A stretch of 63,670 bases of DNA, the filler included, from Hausera hauseri (taxonomy: Eukaryota), in NCBI GenBank assembly GCA_046269625.1. It is 10 parts of 10 records of this genome, joined end to end, with 100 filler letters (N's around TTAATTAATTAA, not from the genome) between each part and the next. Parts side by side here need not be neighbours in the genome. Positions count along the whole stretch, not along the records: positions 22,789 to 30,653 come from JBJURY010899870.1; positions 30,754 to 35,048 come from JBJURY010650885.1; positions 35,149 to 40,922 come from JBJURY010155199.1; 7 more parts are not named here. One strand, given 5' to 3'. The first letter of the stretch is position 1; each line of letters starts with the position of its first letter. The notes beneath the pieces are model-generated. The model made no database searches and was not told where the DNA came from. It was given only the letters and a program-made list of their open reading frames with translations. The position numbers were made by a program, and so were the translations under genes. Shown here in pieces: positions 28,701-40,313 of this stretch.

Positions 28701-30653
28701 GAGTCCAAATATACAGGTGTACGAAACTAGGTCAGTCCAAAAATTTTTGCAACCCAATTAACCTTGATGAGTCCAAATATACAAGTGTCCGAAACTAGGT
28801 CAGTCCAAAAATTTGTCCAACCCAATTAACCTCGCTGAGGCCAAATATGCGGCTATCCAAAACTAGGTCAGTCCAAAAATTTTTCCAACCCAACTCACCT
28901 CGCAGAGTCTAAATATTCAGGTGTCCAAAACTAGGTCAGTCCAAAAATTTTTGCAACCCAATTAACCTTGATGAGTCCAAATATACAGGTGTCCCAAACT
29001 AGGTCAGTCCAAAAATTCTTCCGACCAACTCACCGCGCTGATTCCAAATATGAAGATGTCCAAATCTAGGTCATTCCAAATATTTTTCCAACCGAAATAA
29101 CCCCGATGAGTCTAAATATGCAGCTGTCCAAAACTGCGTCTGTCCAAAAATTTTTCCAACCCAATTAACCTCGCTGAGTCCAAATATTCGGGTGTCCAAA
29201 ATTAGGACAGTTCAAAAATTTTTCCAACACAACACACCTCGTGGAGTCTAAATATACATGTGTCCAAAACTAGTTCAGTACAAAAATTTTTCCAACACAA
29301 TTAACCTCGCTGAGTCCAAATATGCAGGTGCCGAAACTAAGTCAGTCCAAAAATTTGTCCAACCCAATTAACCTCGCTTAGTCCAAATATGCGGCTATCC
29401 AAAATTAGGACAGTTCAAAAATTTTTCCAACACAACACACCTCGTGGAGTCTAAATATGCATGTGTCCAAAACTAATTCAGTACAAAAATTTTTCCAACA
29501 CAATTAACCTCGCTGAGTCCAAATATACAGGTGTCCAAAACTAGGTCAGTCCAAAAATTTTTCCAACACAATTAACCTCGCTTGGTCTAAATATGCAGGT
29601 GTCCAGAACTAGGTCAGTCCAAGAATTTTTCCAACCCAGTTAACCTCGCTGAGTCCAAATATGCAGGTGTCCGAAATTAAGTCCGTCCAAAAAAATTTTC
29701 CAAACCCATTTAACGTCGTTGAGGCTAAATGTGTGACTATCCAAATCTATGTCTGTGCTAAAATTTTTCCAACCCAACTCACCTCCCGGACTCCAAATAT
29801 ACAGGTGTCCGAAACTAGGTCAGTCCAAAAATTCTTGCGACAAACACACCGCGCTGAGTTCATATATGCAGGTGACTAAATCTACGTCTGTCCAAAAATT
29901 TTTCCTACCCAATTCACCTCGCTGAGTACAAATATGCGGGTGTGCAAATCTACGTCTGTCCAAAAATTTTTCCAACCCAATTAACCGCGATGAGTCCAAA
30001 TATGCAGGTGTCCGAAATTAAGTCAGTCCAAAAATTTTTCCGAACCCATTTAACGTCGGTGAGTCCAAATATATTACTATACAAAACTAGGTCAGTCCAA
30101 AAAATTTTCCAACCAAACTCACCTCGCTGACTCCAAATATACAGGTGTCCGAAATTAGGTCAGTCCAAAAATTCTTCCGACCAACTCACCGCGCTGAGTC
30201 CAAATATGCAGGTGACTAAATCTATGTCTGTCCAAAAATTTTTCCAACCCAATTCACCTCGCTGAGTCGAAATATGCGGGTGACCAAATCTACGTCTGTC
30301 CAAAAATTTTTCCAACCCAATTAACCTCGATGAGTCTAAATATGCAGGTGTCGAAAACTAGGTCAGTTCAGATATTTTCCAACTCAATTATCCTCGATGA
30401 GTCCAAATATGCATGTGTCCGAAACTAGGTCAATTCAAAAAATTTTCTACACAACACACCTCGCTGAGTTTAAATATGCATGTGCTCGAAACTACTCCAG
30501 TACAAAAAATTTTCCAACCCAATTAAACTCGCTGAGTCCAAATATTCGGGTGTCCAAAACTACGCCTGTCCAAAAATTTTCCAACCCAATTAACCTCGCT
30601 GAGTCCAAATATTCGGGTGTCCAAAATTAGGACAGTTCAAAAATTTTTCCAAC
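22789..30653. repeat. Satellite DNA array, ~68-bp monomer, roughly 115 copies, filling the whole contig
   Basis: Consensus approximately CCAACCCAATTAACCTCGCTGAGTCCAAATATGCAGGTGTCCGAAACTAGGTCAGTCCAAAAATTTTT, head-to-tail with no unique spacers. Confidence 0.96.
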
Positions 30654-30753
30654 NNNNNNNNNNNNNNNNNNNNNNNNNNNNNNNNNNNNNNNNNNNNTTA
30701 ATTAATTAANNNNNNNNNNNNNNNNNNNNNNNNNNNNNNNNNNNNNNNNNNNN

Positions 30754-33583
30754 CCATTAATGATTTTCTCTGTATCATTAGTTCACATCTTAATTCGTCT
30801 TTCGCTAGTAGTCGGTTTTCAAAATCTTCAGTTTCACTAGTACTCCCTCCTTTCAATCCTTGAATGACATTTATGGTTGTTCCATGTGGGATTTTTTGTA
30901 AAGTCTCATCATCTCCCCATTTCTTGTTCTTATATATGACTGTAATTTTTTCTATTCCCACCTTACATCTTTTAGATATTTTTCTTTTTAGCGAATTGAT
31001 AGTCTCCATTTCATCAATATCGATGACGACTAAGGGGTTTTGGTTCACCTTTACAATTATTTGTTTCGATTTGGATTCTAATAAATTGTTAACACCTTTT
31101 AAATTTGTGTTGGAAGACAATTTAAATTCCATATTATTTTCGTAAACCATTCTCTTTACTTCGCTGGTCATGATCTTCATGGGTTTTTCCTTAGTGTCGT
31201 ACATTATGTTAGACTTACTTAAATAAGAGTCTATTTTAGAGACTTGGCTTTCTATATCATATAATTGAGACCTGTTCAACGAATTTTTAAAGTTTTCGTT
31301 TAGAACATTTTTTTCATCAATACACAAATGACTTATACTATGGTTACTCTTCATCGAATAAAAAGATTCATCCTTAGATGTTTTATAGTAATTATCATCT
31401 CCATTATACTTTGGAGTACTAATATTAGGAATAGCGTACATGTGCATTTGTATACATTTATACAAAGGATATACACGTATACAAAAAATGTCTACAATTC
31501 CAATTCTTTTATTTATATGATCTTTGTTTAACAGGTAATACCCTTCAACAGACAATTGGTTACTTTTACTATTTATAATTATTCCAATTGTCTGTTGTGA
31601 CATTAGTATAGGTCTGGCGCGATATATAGATATAGGAGGAGTTATATGTGCAATATATTTATTAGTTATGTTCAAATGTAGTCCATATAATACAAAGTAT
31701 TTTTTTAATGACAGACTGAATTTATCACTTATGATCATTTGTCTAATCTTATGATTTTTATATTTATAAGTAAAGTTTCTATAATTTTCAGGTTTTAAGT
31801 TCAAAATAGGGAGGGGCAGAGACGGCCGACAACGGTGTATAACAATGTCACAATTTCTAACCTTTAAGACATAGATCCGTTCATCTGGTTTGACTCGAAT
31901 GTTGTCGTTCGGAGAGAACACGATTTCTGTAGTGCATGTTTCTTTAATAACTGCATCTGCGTATAACCATAATCGGTCTTTCATGATGGTATCGGTGACA
32001 ACCAGGTGTATGTATAATTCTCGAGTGCATTCGGTTAATGAGCTCCTGACTGACTGTAATATTATTCGAGATACGTATCGGGAATATTTGAGTTGATTTC
32101 TGTGCCTTTCCATTTGAGCGTTATCTACAGTATTATGTTCCCGATAATCAGTAATCAATTGTGCAGCCTTTTCTGACGGATTCAGATACAATTCCGTAAC
32201 GGACCTTTTGTATTTGTCCGTCCACACTCTAACCGGTAACTCAGTAATCTCAATTGTGTTGTCAGATAACTTTGTATCAATCATTTTAATTTTTTCACTT
32301 CCCTTGTAATCTTTTCTATAATATTTTGAAAAGAAATTATTAATACAGGCGAAAACTACTGCCTTTGGCATGGCTAACGTGTAATTAAAGTTTATCGTTT
32401 CCAATTTTCTTTCACTTCTCATCTTTATACATTGAGAAACGTAAGACGGTATAGTATTATACAGTAGGTTCCTTGAAAACCACATTTGTCTTAGGGCTTC
32501 TTCTCGTTCGATTCCAGTTTCTCGTGAAACGTAAAACCATATTTGTAGAATTTTTTCTCGTTCTCGAATTACAGCATTCAATGACGTAAAGGAAAAAATA
32601 TACCAAAAAGGACAATTCAATAGCTGGACATTATTATTTGTCTCTTTGGAAAATTTTCGTCTATATATATAAAATGGATATAACGATTTTCTTAACTCCA
32701 ATGCAAGACACAAGATAAAGCAACCAATGGAGTTCGACTTTTTAAAATTGCAAAAAACGGAAAAGATTTTAGTCCGTATACTAACTAATACGAATGAGGT
32801 ATTATCGTAATCGAGTAAGTTCAAAAAAAATATTTTGATTGAGTTATAAATTTGTATAAAACATATAACGTTTGGCAATAGTGTGACGATAATGCTTATG
32901 GTAGGTCGATAAAACCGATTCATAACCGAATAATATACCGCACTAAGCTCTGTCTCCTGTTTAATACACGACCTAGGATAATGGCAATAGTAAGGGAATC
33001 TATTTATAAATTTCGTTATTCCATCAAAAGGATCAATAATTTTTGTTGGGTCATCAATCAACTTACATTCAATATCTTCGAGGTCGAATTTTCCACCAAT
33101 AGATGTGTGATTAGGATAAATCACCAAAACTCGTTTCTGAGACAGTTCCTCAATTTCTTGTTCAGTATCTCTGGAAATGGACAAAATGTCATACTTTTCC
33201 TTTAGTAATGATGAGTGTTCTTTATCTAAAACCATATATTTACTTTTAAAATCGGCCAGTTCACGTTTTCTGTTTTCTGATTCACGTTGAATTTCACGAG
33301 TTATTTCTTTTAACTGTGATATAATACCGTCTTTGCAAATTCCCTCAATAACGGATAATGTTGGATCACATTGATTGAACCGAGTTATTCGGTAATCAGA
33401 TAGAACGTCGATCAAGCGAGTTCTTTTGGAATAAAATAAATCATACAGTTTATGACATTTCTTAAGCCAACTACAATGAGGAAAATTCTTATTAATAAAC
33501 TTACCGGACAAATTTGGGTTTGGTAATGATATAATTCTTTCAATTTCCGTTAACCGTTGATCATGACCACCATCATTTATCAT
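30754..33583 (-). CDS. Long chimeric ORF (>940 aa, 3'-open) with adenylyl-cyclase-like, topoisomerase-II-like and ubiquitin-like segments
   Basis: Stop-free for 2.8 kb. Contains LLYNTIPSYV…VVFACINNFFSKYYRKDYKG (cyclase C2 start), NTIEITELPVRVWTDKYK…LITDYREHNT (TOP2), and a UBL ending VIQGLKGG. Confidence 0.6.
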
Positions 33584-33584
33584 T

Positions 33585-35048
33585 TTATCTTCGTATTTTG
33601 AAAATAAGGCTGGAAAATTTGTGAAATAACTCTAATTTTTTGAGAAATGTCGTTGTGAAACGAGCACCATCATTTTCAATCAACGAACTCTCAATTTTCA
33701 GTTGTTCGAATACCATTTCAATACATTCATCTTTGACTTTGGCGATTTTAAAAACCGTTCGAAACTTATGATGTCGCTTAACAAAGAATTCATAAATTTC
33801 CAATGCGTGCCAAACTTTTCGGACGGCAACATCGATCCAGTCAGCTGTATTCCAAATACACAAAAAGAAATAGTCATCCGTTATATGCAAAAAACGCTCC
33901 AAATAATCATGAATTATATCACCATACTTTCTTTCAGCATAAATAGCTGTTATATGAAATTGGTCTTCACATTTCAACCACAACTGGTTTGTTAAAATCG
34001 TTATTGTTACTTCGGCAATATCCCCATATGTAACGTCTTTATGTTTTGATTCATTTCGAGTTACAACTGGACAGTCAATCGGAATGTATTTTGCCGTATC
34101 GTTCATTCGAACATTCAGCATTATTGTTTGACTGTTTTGTCGATTTATCGTTACTTTATCGAGACAATTTGAAAAATGCGGTGGAGGTGACGTATAAACC
34201 AAAGTTGTTAAATATTTAGATACTTTATTTAAGACATACCAACGAACGGCTCTCGTTAATTTTGGAATTTGCCATTTCTTATGGCATTTACTGCTGATTT
34301 CCACACCAAGCATTCGCGTCATAACCAACAGATTTTCGAAATTTTCATTGTTGCATTTCAATTTAATTGACATCAATACAACCGACAGAATATTTTTTGT
34401 TGCTTCAATTTGAAATTCCTCATTTTTGTGAGCTTCCATATGATTATTTAAACTGTTTTTTACGACATACCACGATTTCGAATGGCCGGTTTCGATTTCT
34501 GTTGCTTTAGGTCCAGTAAATTCAACACCAGTTGTCAATTTCTGCTTTTTAGTCGGTTGTCGGCCATATTCTTTGCAAATATTGCAAAAAATCTTGAACC
34601 CGTCGTCGATAGATTCCTTGGAAAATGTTATATTTCGTTCAATAAACGTATTGATGTTATCACATTCATCCGATGCTTTTCTCTTCTTTTTTATTTGACC
34701 GTCATTAATACCAGGTAAGGGACTGCCATTCTTCAGTGCTTCACACATTCGTTTGTATTTGTCAACTTCATTTCGTAAAATAACAATTTCCGTATCTTTG
34801 GTACCAAGGATAACCTTTAATTGCTTTGCATCATCAATATTATAAGCACTGGCACTTAAATTTTCCAAATTCAAACCACCGATAATAACCGGGCAAACAA
34901 CGTATGGATTGACAAAATTCGTACCTGCCGAATTAGTACCGGATCTATCTTTTGATATACAAGGCACGAATATTGACGACATGATTTCTGTACAACCATT
35001 CTTCTTAGTTCTAACATTCGTGTAAATCCACAGAGGCGACCTTTCATT
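33585..35048 (-). CDS. hAT-like transposase-derived ORF (zinc finger plus degenerate catalytic region), open to the contig edge
   Basis: IFCNICK…LNNHMEAH finger, FSNCLDKVT (first catalytic Asp position), CIWNTADWIDVAV (degenerate CxxH box) and GARFTT. The 22 codons upstream of the ATG at 34982 are also stop-free. Confidence 0.5.
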   Translation of the reverse strand, partial: NERSPLWIYTNVRTKKNGCTEIMSSIFVPCISKDRSGTNSAGTNFVNPYVVCPVIIGGLNLENLSASAYNIDDAKQLKVILGTKDTEIVILRNEVDKYKRMCEALKNGSPLPGINDGQIKKKRKASDECDNINTFIERNITFSKESIDDGFKIFCNICKEYGRQPTKKQKLTTGVEFTGPKATEIETGHSKSWYVVKNSLNNHMEAHKNEEFQIEATKNILSVVLMSIKLKCNNENFENLLVMTRMLGVEISSKCHKKWQIPKLTRAVRWYVLNKVSKYLTTLVYTSPPPHFSNCLDKVTINRQNSQTIMLNVRMNDTAKYIPIDCPVVTRNESKHKDVTYGDIAEVTITILTNQLWLKCEDQFHITAIYAERKYGDIIHDYLERFLHITDDYFFLCIWNTADWIDVAVRKVWHALEIYEFFVKRHHKFRTVFKIAKVKDECIEMVFEQLKIESSLIENDGARFTTTFLKKLELFHKFSSLIFKIRR

Positions 35049-36644
35049 NNNNNNNNNNNNNNNNNNNNNNNNNNNNNNNNNNNNNNNNNNNNTTAATTAA
35101 TTAANNNNNNNNNNNNNNNNNNNNNNNNNNNNNNNNNNNNNNNNNNNNGTATACGATGTGCATTAATGTATAGTGCATTTTTCCTTATATAATCACATGT
35201 AGGGTATTTATGTGATATTTATAGACCATGAACTTTTGTTATGGAGGTTAATGGGCAGTTTCACGAATGTTACTGCGTTCTCAATTTTTGTTTTGTACTT
35301 GTGTAATGTCACTAAATAGTTTTTTGCACTTGTTTACTTTTCTCCCATCCATGAGTGGATTCCAATGAGATACTTTTAAACTACTGGTGTATTTGGACTT
35401 CATTTTTTTACGAAGAGCACCAAAATTTTAAATGATCCAACGAAGTCATTTGGATGACATCCTACGAGAAAAATATTCTATAGAAGATGGTTAAACCCCA
35501 TCCCTTTTGGCACGCCATTGCATGTCATATAGAAATCTCTAATGTTTTCAGGTTTCCTCAATTGTCAGATCATAATTTTAATCTATTCGATCTTTAAAAA
35601 GTCGGACTCAGTTCGAAATGTGTATTATTTTCATGACATGATTCGACTTCAAGAGCCATCATTAGAAAACACAGTGAGAGTGAATTGAAATCACAACATG
35701 AAATATGCGAAGTGACTATTATGTAATTTGGAAATGGAGAATTAAAATTTTGAATCAAGCTTAAGTTTCCCATCTGGCCATTCAAACTCGACTTCAAATC
35801 ATGATCTGTAGCTGTTCCGTGCAATTAACGCATACGCACTTAATAATTTCCCTTGCACTCGAATGACAACATACACGAGACGGAATGTCGAGTGAATTAA
35901 CAGCTTATTAAGTGAGATATAAATGAGAGAAAAAATTCGTCAAAAACGTACCAAACATTTAACATATGATGTTTGTATAATGGGAGCATAAACATCGTCT
36001 TTTAAACGAGAGGGTTAATCCGCCAAATACGTCAGTGACAAATGCGCTCCGATAAAAAGATTTAATTAAATGTAACAGCATCGAAAATTTGTCTATGGAA
36101 TATTCGTTAAGGCAACAAACACCTTGTGATAATTATTTCGAATTGATTTTACTGTTTTTAATAAAATACATAAGTTTACTCAACTTTAACACTAGAACGA
36201 CCGAAATAATTTATACCTAAATGGCCAATGGTAGTAGTAGGGAGAAAATGTTCCTTCGGCTCCACATCCTCTCCCCTCTGATGGGGTACCGTAACTGTGG
36301 AATTTCACTATAGGAGCCGTCTCGACGTTCATGTTGCTATGGTGATGGGTCCATGGCAACCGTTACCAGGGATCCGGCTGATGTAGGATCGCTGCTCAGT
36401 GGCGGTTGATATGGTAACTATGTGCATAACAAGCGATAATCGCTAAATTCATTTTCACAATAATTGATTTTGTACAGTAACCCGATCGATTTATCGATCA
36501 AGTGGTTTTCCGGTAATTCCAATATATTGATGATTCGGACCCATGACCGAGTCAAATCGATTGAAAAAAAAAACGTTGTTCTATACAACTGTGCAGCCAG
36601 TTTTTAAATCGAGCAATATCGATTCGAATGTTGGTGTGTTTTAG

Positions 36645-36867
36645 CGTGGTGCCCACATCGACAGCCGCCCTCTCGTTCATTCGTTTGGGCACGGCCGGGC
36701 TTCCGCTGCCGACGCGTCGGGCACATAGGCAGGCCCCGATTTTCCGCCTCGAAAGAAGATAAAGTCAAACCTTGATAATTCGGATTATGAAAGCATCAAA
36801 GTGAATGATTCACAACATGAAACAAATGAAAATACCAATGAATGACAAGTGGTTCGATTATCAATTT
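36645..36867 (+). repeat. LTR-like direct repeat, copy 1, running into the MBOAT leader
   Basis: Closely matches 40314-40536, which begins TG immediately after a polypurine tract. Confidence 0.8.
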
Positions 36868-36985
36868 TCTTCATGCATCCAATCAAATTCGTCATGATTC
36901 ATTACATAAAATTCAGTGGATTTTTAATTCAAATCACTTTGTTGATTTTAAACCAAAATTTGTTTGTTTTTTATTTTCAATTTCT

Positions 36986-38438
36986 ATGTCTCAATTTTAC
37001 GGTGGTTCAGTTTTTCTATCACCATTATCGGACATTTTTGGGCTTCCAATTAATCAGATAAATTTCATTGTTTGTAGTCTATTGTCTATTGCACTTGGAC
37101 AAGTCATTCGACGATATGCATCCCCAAATAAAACCTCATCGAAAATTTGTGGTTTGATTAAAACCGTTTTGGGTTTGTTTATTGTTGTATTCTGTTACGG
37201 TGGTGAAGTGAAATATCTTCTATTTCAATCAGCCGTTTCCTATGTCTTTCTATTGATATTTCCATCAAGATTGGCAGCGTATTTGGTCACGATTTGGTCA
37301 TTGGGTTTTATGGGACTCGTTCATTTGTACCGCATGCATTTCGATTACGGTGGCTACACATTGGACATATCCGGTCCGGTTATGGTTCAAACTCAGAAAT
37401 TAACGAGTCTTGCCTTTAATTTACTTGCGGTTATCGGATAAAACGTGGCAATTCATTGAAAAACAAAAACCACGTAGAACACGCAGTGAAATCGTTACCG
37501 GATATTTTCAGTTTTGCCTCATATCTGTTGTATTTTCACGGGGTATTAGCTGGACCATTTGTATTTTACAACGAATACGTTGATTATTTGAATGGATACG
37601 ACAAACGAGCAATTCCTTGTTCGAAGAAACAACTATCAGCCGCGCTGACGCTGTGTGCCATTCACGGATTGTTGACCGCGTATGTGGCACCTCAATTTAA
37701 TTACATATTCGTGTGCAGTACAAATTATCAACGAATCCACATGTTCCGTGGAATAATGTTTACGATGATCTCATTTTTCTTGGTTCGACAGACATACTAT
37801 TTCGCATGGTTTATTGTCGAATCTGGGACACTCAGTGCCGGTTTGGGTTACAGTGGAAAAGACGAAAATGGTGAGCCGACATTTCCCAAAGTGAAGAATT
37901 ACGATTTTATGGCAATCGAAAGCGGAAGATGTTTAAAAGTCGTTGTTGATGGACGGAACCTTTCCACAACGAGATGGTTACGAGAAGTATTCTACGAACG
38001 ATCACCGTTGTGCTGTCGAACGATTTTGGTTTTTCTAATCAATGCATTCTGGCATGTATTCTATCCAGGGTATTACATGAAGTTTCTTGCTTTTGCGTTG
38101 TTTAAGTTTTGTGCACGAACTGTCCGACGGCAATTGCGTCCGTTATTTATGACGAATGCAATTACTCTCCAGCTTTATCACATTATTACAAAAATCTTTA
38201 CGAATCTAGCATTGAATTATGGATAGAGTCCATTTTATTTGTTGGAATTACAGTCCGGTTTATTTTCTGGAAACCGTACTATTTCGTCGGGCATTTTCTC
38301 GCAATGTTCTTTGTTGTAACACTTTATTTTCGGTCAATTATCAACGACAAAGTCAGTCTGATGAATTTTAAATTTGGTCCAAAAGCGCATTTACAATATC
38401 GACAATTTAGGGATCAGTCACAAAGAACTTTGGGTTAA
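36986..38438 (+). pseudogene. MBOAT-family lysophospholipid acyltransferase (MBOAT1/2-like) pseudogene
   Basis: NFIVCSLL, YTLDISGPVMVQTQKLTSLAFNL, VLAGPF, YYFAW and NAFWHVFYPGYY (catalytic His region). A 1-bp frameshift near 37427 and a stop at 38224-38226; no introns seen. Confidence 0.9.
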
Positions 38439-38726
38439 ATTTTAACTCTCTTCTTTTGCGTTTCGTGTGGCAATGTGTATAGATATTTCAATATCGTTTT
38501 GTTTTATCGATAAAGAAATAAATACATCTTTAGACGGACTTTTCAATTCATTAGCCATCTTAAAATTGGAACTTTTATATTTTCTATCACCGATTAGTTT
38601 CATCGTGTTCAAAATTGGAATTTTCTTTATATTATCGTATTCGAATCTACTTATTTTTGGAATTTCTATCATATATATATCTATTCGGATATTCATCGGC
38701 CAGGTAAATAATAAATTGGTGTCAGA

Positions 38727-39715
38727 AGTGGAATTCGTTGCAAAGGCAAGCATTTAACAGCGTGCATTCAATACACCATCCTGGTGTAAAAGTTACTTTT
38801 CGTTTACTCCATCGACAAGTAATTCGGCCGTCAATGCATTCTGATGTGCAGGCATGGGTTAAGGAGTGTGTGGCTTGCCAAAAATACAAAGCAACTAAGC
38901 ACTTAAGACCACCACTGTTCCATTTTCCCAGCACATCGCGTTTCTAATCCGTGCATATCGACATCGTTGGCCGTCTTCCTCCAGACAATGGTCATCAATT
39001 TATCCTTACCATGATGGATCATTCCTCGAGATAACCAGAAGCCATCCCTCTGCGGAGCACAAATACCGACACTATAGCTGACGTTTCCATTCGCACATAA
39101 ATTAGCAGGTTTGAATTACCTCGCTTCATTATCACGGACCAGGGTCCACAATTTGAATCCAACCTGTTCAAATCCCTTGGCAACTGATTGGGGTCCATCA
39201 CATACATACTACGCCTTATCGCCACCAATCGAATGGCCTTCTAGAACGTTTCCACCGAACATTGAAAACGTCACTAAGAATTCTGGCAGAGTTCAACACT
39301 AGTTGGATGAATTTTCTTCTGTTCGTTCTGCTCGGCTGGCGGAACACTCCGTCCACTTCTACAGGATGCTCATCTACTTAAGCCTTATTCGGAGCTCCTG
39401 TCCGATCATTATTCGAACTAACCGCCCTAGACAACACTCCCACGAATGAGACGATACGGGCGGCGCAAAATTACTTCATCGAGGTCAGCAAAGATTCGTT
39501 CTGCAGTCTACTTCACAAAGACAAAACATACCCCAAGATTTGTATTCGGCAAAATTCGTATGGCTAAATAATCAAGCGCCTTGGGGTTTCCAGCCGCGGT
39601 ACCTGGGGCCCTATAAACTGATACAGCTGCACTCACACAACTCCATTATCTCTAAAGACGGCAAAGACCTTACAGTACACAATACCAACTTAAAGCCCGC
39701 TTTCCTTGAGGACGA
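38727..39715 (+). mobile_element. Decayed Ty3/Gypsy integrase
   Basis: H…HPG…CVAC zinc domain, VHIDIVG, IITDQGPQFES, SNGLLERFHRTLK, and GPY motif YLGPYKLI. Several stops. Confidence 0.92.
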
Positions 39716-40302
39716 CACCTTACCAACCGACACGTCAACCTCTTTTGTCACTCCTCCACTCCTTGCTATCCCTATATCTATTGCTACATCATTTCCACCT
39801 TCCTCTTCCTCGCCTAGTCCTGCTCCATCATTTTCTATACCTGCTACTTCTATTTCTACCACGCCCTCTGTATCATCTTCCTCTTCCACTCTTTCACTCA
39901 ACACAATTCCAATCTCTACTCCAACTTTTTCCTCTCTCCCTTTATCCGTCACTATGCCTTTTATCACGCCTTTGTCTTCTAACACTCTTCAATGCCTTTA
40001 ATCATCCGTCGTCAACAATCCTTCTTCTTTCTTCGTCCTCTTCTTCTCTTTATTCCGACTCATCTTCGCACGACACAACAACTACACCAAAATCTACCAA
40101 TTTTTTCCCCAACCTCAATTTCTGCAAACAAACACATCGCATAAAGACACAACACGCAGAGTCACATTCAGCAAGTATAAGAGGGAAAAATTAGTCGAAG
40201 GTACCCAACGTCTTATTCACACTAAGCTCAACAAACACAAACACTTCGTTTTGCGATTTTTTCTCTCTATCCTTTTACTCTTCATAGTTTTAACTTTTCC
40301 AC

Positions 40303-40313
40303 GGGGGGGATGA
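40303..40313 (+). other. Polypurine tract abutting the 3' LTR start
   Basis: GGGGGGGATGA directly before TGTTGTG at 40314, about 600 bp downstream of integrase. Confidence 0.75.

Noticed and set aside
22789-30653. CRISPR-like array, or the many 60-120 aa ORFs in the repeat
   Set aside because: Monomers are contiguous with no unique spacers, the context is eukaryotic with no cas genes, and the ORFs are by-products of the repeat.
34740-34830. LGTKDTEIVILRNEVDKYK resembling the cGMP-dependent kinase leucine zipper
   Set aside because: Too short and too generic a coiled-coil pattern to assign by eye.
36186-36205. TTAA-CACTAGAAC… resembling a piggyBac-type terminus
   Set aside because: I could not find a matching inverted end or a transposase on the contig.
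39611-40194. Ser/Pro/Thr-rich and Leu-rich ORFs after integrase as a possible env or mucin
   Set aside because: A low-complexity pyrimidine-rich tract that is open in several frames, with no signal peptide, TM or Cys pattern.
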